From Eledone cirrhosa (taxonomy: Eukaryota), in the NCBI GenBank assembly GCA_964016885.1, contig OZ024747.1, positions 74,214,001-74,278,000 on the forward strand: a stretch of 64,000 bases of DNA, read 5' to 3'. How positions within the stretch are numbered: the stretch's first letter is position 1; the number at the start of each line of letters is the position of its first letter. Below, piece by piece: positions 55,816 to 64,000 of the stretch. Under the pieces are notes generated by a model. The model saw nothing but the letters and a program-made list of their open reading frames with translations. It ran no database searches and was not told the DNA's origin. Made by a program: the position numbers and the translations under genes.

Positions 55816-55864
55816 AAACATTAAGAGAGTATATGTTTAATTCAATCACCTGAATTAAATAGAC

Positions 55865-56000
55865 AGGTAATCCATCAATCGACACTAGAAAAGATCAATG
55901 AGAAACTTGACACTGGAGAGATTTGAACTGAAGACGCAAAGGGATGTTACTGAATACCAAAAAGCATTATGTCTTTTACTCTACCGATTATACCAATTTA
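55865..56000 (-). mobile_element. Highly diverged SINE family A fragment
   Basis: AATCGACAC..AAAGAT..AACTTGACACTGGAGAGATTTGAACTG...CTCTACCGATT. Confidence 0.45.
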
Positions 56001-56868
56001 CAGAGTAAATTGTCTCCTACTACAATTATCAGTACAACTACTTTATAGAGTCCCAATATAACAAACGTCAGATGGAATACCTTTCGGTGATTATCCTCTC
56101 TCTACATCCTCCCTTCTAGTCCCACTGACGAGAACTTTCTTTTTCCTCCTTACGAAGTCAAATACAACTACCCATTCTCTCTCTCTTTATTTCTCTCTCT
56201 CTCTTTCTTTCTTTCTCTTCCCCTCTCAATCGTTTTTCTCAGTCTTTCTCTCTTACTCTATTTGAACCGGGCTGTGAGAAGGGTATTGAGGGACCAATTA
56301 CCACAGTATCCCGTTTCTCAAGAAATGTAGAGAGTTGAATATGACCAGAGCAATATTTTATTGTATAAAAATTGATATTACCACTAAAACCGTCGAAGGC
56401 TGATCCATCTGACATACAAAATACAAAAGATAATGGAAATTAAGAAGAAAGAAATGGGCAGCACCAAAAACACACCCCGCAATACCACATTGACAAACAA
56501 TACAGAATACACCAAAAGTCTAAAGGTCACAATGATTTCCACTACAATCACTTATCACAAACATCACAGCCACAACAAGCCCCACTACCATTACTACTAG
56601 CATTGACTACATCAACAATGTTCTCGGCATCATCAACTCTACTTAACAATGTGAAATCAACTCAGACACTCTTCAATATGAAAGATTGAGACAGGGTTTT
56701 TCTATTAACGTTATATTTCAGCTTGTTATATACAAAACGAAAACTACGGCCGTCGACAATTTGTTACATTGCCAATGACTTGAATCTTATTCTATAGAAA
56801 GTTTAAACCGGAATTAGCTCAAGTGGTATTAAACAGAAGAAACTATCTTGAAAGAAAGTGTTTACATT

Positions 56869-56981
<113 letters not shown>

Positions 56982-57143
56982 CACACTCAGAATCTTTACA
57001 TTATTAGGGATGTTTTATACATATATACATACATTACATACATTCACGCATGCACACACACACATATATGTATATATAATTATATATTTATATCTCCATC
57101 TTAATACCTATGCGTGTCTCTTCCACACATACACAGAGACCCA

Positions 57144-57190
<47 letters not shown>

Positions 57191-57275
57191 TATATATATG
57201 TGTGTGTGTATGTGTGTGTATATATATATATATGTCTGTGTGCGTGTGTGTGTGTAGATATATGTATGTGTGTGC

Positions 57276-57310
<35 letters not shown>

Positions 57311-57774
57311 CATAAATAGAGAGAAGGAAGAAAAGAGAGAAAAATAGATATATAGTTAAATATATTTGTTTTCTTTTTAGATAGTAGACTTTGCTTTTCT
57401 AGTAAAAGAAAGGAGAAGCAATAGATTCGATCATTAGATGTTAAACAGTCTTAGTTGGAAAGATATGTTGAAATGATCTAATGAAGTTCTTCCTATATCA
57501 GACAAGAAAAACATGAAATTTGGCCAATCTTGTTCCACTTGAAGGTTTTCGTCTTAAGATAAAAATAAATGTTTGTTTTTATATTGTTTTTGTAATTGAT
57601 GTTACTAAGGCTACTTTCAGTGGTTAGTTTGGAGTTTTATGGTTTTCATATTTCGATGTATTTTGATGTGTTCATATGTGCATATATTAGTATTATTATT
57701 TTTATTTTCCTCGACGTCAAGAATTTAAATGCCGTATAGTTTGAAATGACGATGAATATAATAATAATAGTAAT

Positions 57775-57848
57775 ATGATGATGATGATGATGATGATAAT
57801 GATGACGATGATGACGATGACGACGACGACGATGACGACGACGACGAC

Positions 57849-57880
<32 letters not shown>

Positions 57881-57902
57881 TGATGATGATGATGATGATG
57901 AT
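57775..57902. repeat. (GAT/GAC)n microsatellite
   Basis: Direct reading. Confidence 0.95.
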
Positions 57903-58707
57903 ACTACAAGATGTCAAGTCATTGGCTTTTCGTAGTTCGAAAGGAGACATTTGTCTTGCCTGTCAATGGTTTCTCTACATTTTCCTTTAAATTAGATTTC
58001 ATTTGATACTCATGTTTACGCATGTTATTTTATTTTACAAAGCTGTTCACGCTAAAAAAAGGGATCCAAAAACTAGGGGAAATGAAACGAAGAAGAAAAG
58101 GAACCAAGCAACGAAAGAAAGTGAGAGAGAGGATGGAATGTAAGGAAGTTATTCTACTTTAGTAAAGGGGCAAAGCAGAGCAAACTTAGGGCCTCAGTTG
58201 TGCCCCACAAAATTCTTTTTTCCTAAGCCAACCAATGTACAATCATCTGTATGCACTTAGTGGTTTCGTGACAACGATTTCGCCAGGTACAGTGAAGAAA
58301 AATATATTTAATTGATGAAATAATAAAAAGATGGAAACATGAAAGGTGCTGAAAAGCACTGAAATTTAAAATACGAAGCATTAATAAATTCTCTTTGTAT
58401 TTTTGTGCTCCGAATACGGTACATACGTTGAATATGTTAACTGTAACTTAATTATTTCTTAGTGTTGGCTTCTTTCCAGTGCAACACTAATCGTATATCT
58501 GTTTTATAAACGTCATACAGAGCAATACACTATTCTAGTAATTCCATGTACATCAAAGAGAATATTTTATTTACGTAGAATTGTCAATTTACTACTCTTT
58601 AAATATCAGTCATTTTCGTGTGTCATTTACGCTAATATAATGGAATACAGAAACACCACTACAGCAGTATTCAGAGTTGTGATGTATATGGAACATTGTG
58701 TCTTTCT

Positions 58708-58862
58708 ATAATGGTTTCTGATTTAGGCACAAGGCTAGCAATTTGAAGAGAGAGGTAAGTCGAATAAATCGACCAGAGTGCGTTATTGGTACTCAATTTA
58801 TCGACCTCGTAAGGATAAAGGGCAAAGCTAACTTCGGCGGGATTTGAACACAGACCGTAAAA
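58708..58862 (-). mobile_element. SINE family A copy
   Basis: TTAGGCACAAGGCTAGCAATTT...GGTACTCAATTTATCGACCTCGTAAGGATAAAGGGCAAAG...CGGCGGGATTTGAAC. Confidence 0.8.
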
Positions 58863-59039
58863 GTAAGTAACTATGTGGCATGTGTTGATGTATAATAAAC
58901 ATACTTAAGTCTCGCTATGGGTATTTTAGGCTGTTATAATGTCACAGCTACTCTAGCAATCACGTGACAACGACAAATTCTAGTATTTCGAGATATTTAT
59001 CCAACATCAGTGATGTATGCTAAGTTAAATAAGTTAGTA

Positions 59040-59085
<46 letters not shown>

Positions 59086-59611
59086 GTGTGTGTATCTGTG
59101 TGTTTCGGTGCGTGTGGGTGTGCTTTTGAGCGTGCGCGTCTGTGTGAGCGTGAGTGTATTTAATTGCATTTTTTAGTGTGTGTAAGTATGTATGTGTAAT
59201 TGTGTATGTATATGTATGCAACCAAAGATTGTTTACATAATAAAAACCATATGGAGCGAAAATATACTTTTAACGAATTCCATATTGCTGTGTAAGACAG
59301 AGCTTTAACTAACCCTTCACCTTCAGATCAAGTCTTTCACCATTCCACAGCAACTATTAACCTACAGAGGATAGAATATTGGGTGGGCTTGCATGAAATG
59401 TATATAGGGAATTTAGATAATATGTATATTTCAACGGCCCTTAACCCAGCAAGTTCAAAACATTTCCTGTGAAAATATGAAATAGCGTGTAGAGAAATAG
59501 TCCTAGTAACAGAATTCTTACTCTTTAAAATGTGTAAATAACACACACAATCTGAAACATAGCCACACAATCACTCTCACACACACACGTACGTATGTAT
59601 ATATACATGTT

Positions 59612-59649
<38 letters not shown>

Positions 59650-60436
59650 TATATATAGAGTTAGAGAAGAACATATGGTTACGTGCATATATATATATAT
59701 GTGTGTATGAGAGTGTGTTTGTGTATCCATATATGCATACACATATATATATGTGTGTGTGTCTGTGTGTTTATACACGTTTATGTAATGATTTTCATGT
59801 CACTAGGTTCAAGCAAATATTTTACACATTAAGTAGCATGTTTAAAATATTTGTTAAACTTTGCTAAACATTCACGGTGTGTATATATATTCAATATATC
59901 CCATTGCAGGATGGCAACAGATATGTAATTGTGTATACTAGAAAGTTTTGAGATTTTGTTTGCTTTCTGAATTAATATATTATTGACGAAGACAATAAAT
60001 GCTATAACAGGTTTTCCACTTTACTTCCTAAATCTTTATCCGATCTGAGTAATAAATTGTTATTCTCGTTAGAAATCATTTATTTCTGATATAATGTCAT
60101 CAATTCTTTAGACAATACATTTCTGTATACTTCTCTTAAAAGAATGATTCATGCCTAATTAGTGAATCATTCTAATACATTAGCAAGAAATATACAGGTA
60201 TAGGGACGATAATAACTGCTTCAACGATGCTAATTACGTAAACCTGTTACCGGAAGCTTTATGCCTAATTAACAAATGTTCTCCCTCATTATCAAGGAAT
60301 TTCACAACTCCGTGAGCAAATGAAGATACTATCTTAGAGCTATTGGGCATAATGAGATAGGTTGATTGGATATGTTACGTACACTGTTTTTGTCTGAATG
60401 AGCAACAATGAAAACACAGCAAAATATAACTTGTTC

Positions 60437-60615
60437 CATGTCATCTAAGGAAGGACAGGAAGAATGGATGTCAGAACACATTTCTTTTGAATGTCATTTT
60501 AAACAAATGAAGTTGTTGTTTCTTTGGCTGAGGAATTCTGCATAGCCAGCACTACCATGCATGAATGGATAGAAAAGCAAACTCAAAACAGCGTTAAGAC
60601 TTTAATTGTGTTCTG
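60437..60615 (+). pseudogene. Possible pogo/Tigger (CENP-B-type) transposase N-terminal HTH remnant
   Basis: 60503-60590 translates TNEVVVSLAEEFCIASTTMHEWIEKQ, resembling HTH-psq/CENP-B (xxSLAxEFGIxxSTVxxWxK); frameshifted and short. Confidence 0.35.
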
Positions 60616-61654
60616 ATGAGCAATCAATAGGAAATAACGTGGAAACATTTATGAAGTGTACAGCCATATTAAATATTTTTGTCTGAACACTAAAGAAAGA
60701 GCACGACTTTATTGATTTGCGTGTCTTAATTTAATTCCATGTCGACCGTATTTTAAGTATTAATATTATATTAACTCTCATGTCAACGATTTTGTACTTG
60801 GTAATTTGATAAAACTTTCGCCTAGAGAATTGCTACTTATGAATTCATTCAATGATCATTGCATTTCGACCATCTGGTAAATTTCTTATCTAGCCCGAAT
60901 GGAGTTAGTTTATAGAGCTCACATTAATTTATAATTATATCTTTAGTCATTGCTATGGAACAGCTAGATTCCTATACAGAATAATATTCAAATATTTCTC
61001 CACTAGAAATAGAAGAAGGATATAAAATATATTTATACTATATTACTGAGAGCACAGCAAATATCTTGTAGCACTATATTCACAAAGCAATCATTCTAAA
61101 CACATATTGACCACTTGCATGTTTATGCTGTTATGTTGTTTTGTTTTTGTCTGTTTTTATTTCTACTATTGCATTTTCTTATTCCGTACGTGGCTCGCAA
61201 GGAAGTTTTCTTGTTCAGTGATTATATGCTTTAGATGCCATGACAATTTAAGGATCTCCGAAAGTGGTAGTGGAATAACCCCTGACACGTGGAGCCCTAG
61301 AGTTAAAATAAAGAATCATCCCAAAAGAGGTTGGAAAGGGATTGCTTACAATAAAGTGGAGTCTCTCAAAAGTAAACAGATAAAGGAGCATGTTAAACTG
61401 ATGTTAAACATATTCGATCTACAACATAGAATATTCCAGAACAAACTTTCATGCAGTTTCTGTTAATATTTCCAGCGATCTTCGATACAGTTTCCCTTAT
61501 TCCAGTTTTACTCACAAGACATAGATCGACTTGTGGCATTGAGGGAAAAAGAAGAAAACATTTGTTTCTTGTGCTATGCAGAGAAATCAAACAGGAAACA
61601 CTGATTCTGAAGGGCACTTCCTTAAAACTTGTGCATACAGGCGTGTATACATAT

Positions 61655-61716
61655 ATTTGTGTGTATGTACAGACATGTGCCTGTCTATATATATATGTGT
61701 GTGTGTATGTGTGTGT

Positions 61717-61762
<46 letters not shown>

Positions 61763-62030
61763 CTGTGTGTGCGTGTGTGTACGCGTGTGTGTGCGTGTGT
61801 GCGCGTGTGTGTGTGTATGGGTGTGTGTATGTGTGTGTATGTGGGTATGTGTATGTGTATGTGTGTATGTGTGTGTATGTATATGTATGTGTGTATGCGT
61901 GTGTATGTGTGTGTGTGTATGTGTGTGTGTAAGTATAAATACGTGTCTGAGTCAGTCTCAGTGCAGTGTGTATGCCTGTGTGTCTATGAGAAGATTATGT
62001 ATGCATATGTGTGTATGTGAATGTGTATAG
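61655..62030. repeat. (GT)n/(GTAT)n microsatellite
   Basis: Direct reading. Confidence 0.95.
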
Positions 62031-62962
62031 ATATCTGGGTGTATATAAAAAGGGGGGAGGAGAAAGATATAACATACTAGAAAGATATAAAATACATAGA
62101 AGTATATGTCACTTAATATCGTCATGTGTAAATAATGAGTCAATGAAATTAGATCGTATGTAAATTTTATCCTATGTAAATTGACAGATATACATTCATT
62201 GATGTTGCAGTGTGTTCAATAAAATTATTATACAAATACTCCATCTCCAGGGATAATCAAACAAGTGAATGTGTAGTTCAAAAGAATATTGTAATACTAT
62301 AGACACAGAAAAAATTCGTTTAAATTTTCCAACAGAAATTTCGTTGCGTAGAAGCGAATCTAGTATCTTGACAATTAAGTGATAATATATTCTCTCTAAG
62401 AATCTTCTATTAACCGGTTTAAAGATGTGTCCAACTTTTACTCATCAGGGAAAGATAGTTTAGAGCTGCTGTATTACAGTAATCAGTAAGAACAATGGCT
62501 AGAGAGATATCGATATTAAGTAATATATGAGCTATAAAACACGAAGGCGGTAGGACATGAGTTCACAAATACACAGACAGACACCCAGATACACACACAG
62601 ACAGGCACAGACACACGCACACACACTCATATATATAAATATTATATATATATATATATACACATACATAAATATACATACATACCATCACGAACATTAA
62701 TAATATGCACATTTGTTCGTCCATTTCAGAATAATACAAAGAGAAAATGAGCATATAATCCCATCAAGGTCGTATTTCTTTGTGGACGCTTGTATTGTGT
62801 ACAAACCTTATGGTGAGAGCCCAACTAGGTGCGAAAATCCATTAAAGATCGTTATCATTTTATTTACTTTAGAGAGAAATTCATATTTTATGACATGTTT
62901 ACCTGCCTACATGTAAAAATGTATATTTATGTATACATCGGTGCAGTCTTGTTAGCCCCCTG

Positions 62963-63132
62963 CATAATTGTTTCTCCTTTTGGCACGAGGCCAGCAATAT
63001 CCAGTGCATTACTGGTACCTTATTATATCGACCCCGTTAGGATGAAAGGCAAATTAACCTCAGTTGGATTTGAACTTAGACCGTAACGAGTAGTAACTCT
63101 ATGCTGCAAAGTATGGCGTCCGACCCTCTACT
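62963..63132 (-). mobile_element. SINE family A copy
   Basis: TTTTGGCACGAGGCCAGCAAT...ACTGGTACC...TATCGACCCCGTTAGGATGAAAGGCAAA...GTAACTCTATGCTGCAAAGTATGGCGTCCGACCCTCTAC. Confidence 0.88.
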
Positions 63133-63315
63133 GATTATAACATTTTAAAACCAGAAGAACAATCATACATACATCTATACTTATATACATACACACATAT
63201 ATATCCATATACATACATGCATACATACATACATACATACGTACATAAATACATAAATACGTACATAAATACATACATAAATATATACATACGTACATAT
63301 ACACATCCATCCATA

Positions 63316-63936
63316 CATGATGGCTGTCCCCTCGTTATCGAGTATGGCCATTGCAGGATATACCATTATTAATAATTATTAATTAATTCTATCATGCAAT
63401 GCCTGTGCGTGAAGATATATTTTAAAGTGAGGAAAGACTGTGCACTGAGCCAATCCCACTCTCTGAGCGACAGTAGCTATAACCTGAAAAGAAGAAAAGA
63501 TCAACATCATCAGTAACTACTGAACCGCAGGTTTTATATCGGTGTTATCCCAGTTTCCTGAGTTGCCTTCTCCTAGAAGAATGCCCTGACAAAAGCTAGG
63601 GGACCTTCACTCCTAGTGGTTTAACCGCGCGATCGGGTGTCCAGCCCGACTATTTCTATATCCCCGCGCATATACATACACATGCACCCATGTATATACA
63701 CATATACATACATATGTACATGTGTATATACATATTTACACACTTTTGGATGGCCCTTGACTCTTATAAGTTCTACCGGCCTTTGTCAGGTTTTGTTTTT
63801 TGTCTTGCAGGGTGTCCAAAATCACCATCTTCTCCAAGTAAACTTGGTGGGGTTGCCGGTTTAGTCGCCGACGAGCCGACCATGCGACAGGTTGTACTGG
63901 GTTACATGTTACCAGTAGCATTCAAGAGTGACCCGA
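63316..63936 (-). mobile_element. RTE-like retroposon family B copy, interrupted by a microsatellite
   Basis: Colinear with 7897-8447 and 7540-7733, including GCCTTCTCCTAG and the terminal TGGCTGTCCCCTCGTTATCGAGTATGGCC. Confidence 0.7.
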
Positions 63937-64000
63937 CATATCCATACATGCTACATACATACATACACACATCCATACATGCTACATACATGCTACATAC

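Noticed and set aside
51286-55821. 1511-aa keratin-associated-like (YGGVGCCCCC)n ORF
   Set aside because: Antisense reading of trinucleotide-based arrays; common unit variants are non-synonymous in this frame, and the N-terminus is poly-Met from (GAT)n
60612-60650. CTGATGA...GAAA
   Set aside because: No convincing stems I-III
61107-61466. 119-aa ORF or possible terminal exon
   Set aside because: No recognisable homology or supporting neighbouring exons

Overview
AT-rich, repeat-dense eukaryotic DNA. It is very likely from a coleoid cephalopod (octopus-like), judged from the SINE families and the density of (TA)n/(CA)n/(CT)n/(ATC)n microsatellites; this is an inference. I found no intact, recognisable protein-coding gene, and nearly all listed ORFs are repeat artefacts. 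Bases 1-21.7 kb and 55.8-64 kb are a mosaic of tRNA-derived SINEs, an RTE-like non-autonomous retroposon, decayed R4/Dong-type LINE fragments, mariner/pogo remnants and foldback structures. Bases 21.7-55.8 kb are about 34 kb of abutting tandem arrays: a ~25 kb 37-bp satellite with higher-order repeats and a 200-N gap, a 19-bp satellite, a ~30-bp (TTTTTPYTTI-coding) array and an (ATC)-rich array. The most notable signal is a cluster of type I hammerhead ribozyme motifs at 14.9-19.2 kb. Three are well formed and two are degenerate or antisense. Each sits in a short Penelope-like insert flanked by (TA)n. They show an apparent compensatory stem change, a palindromic (dimer-type) stem III and an unusual branched stem II.
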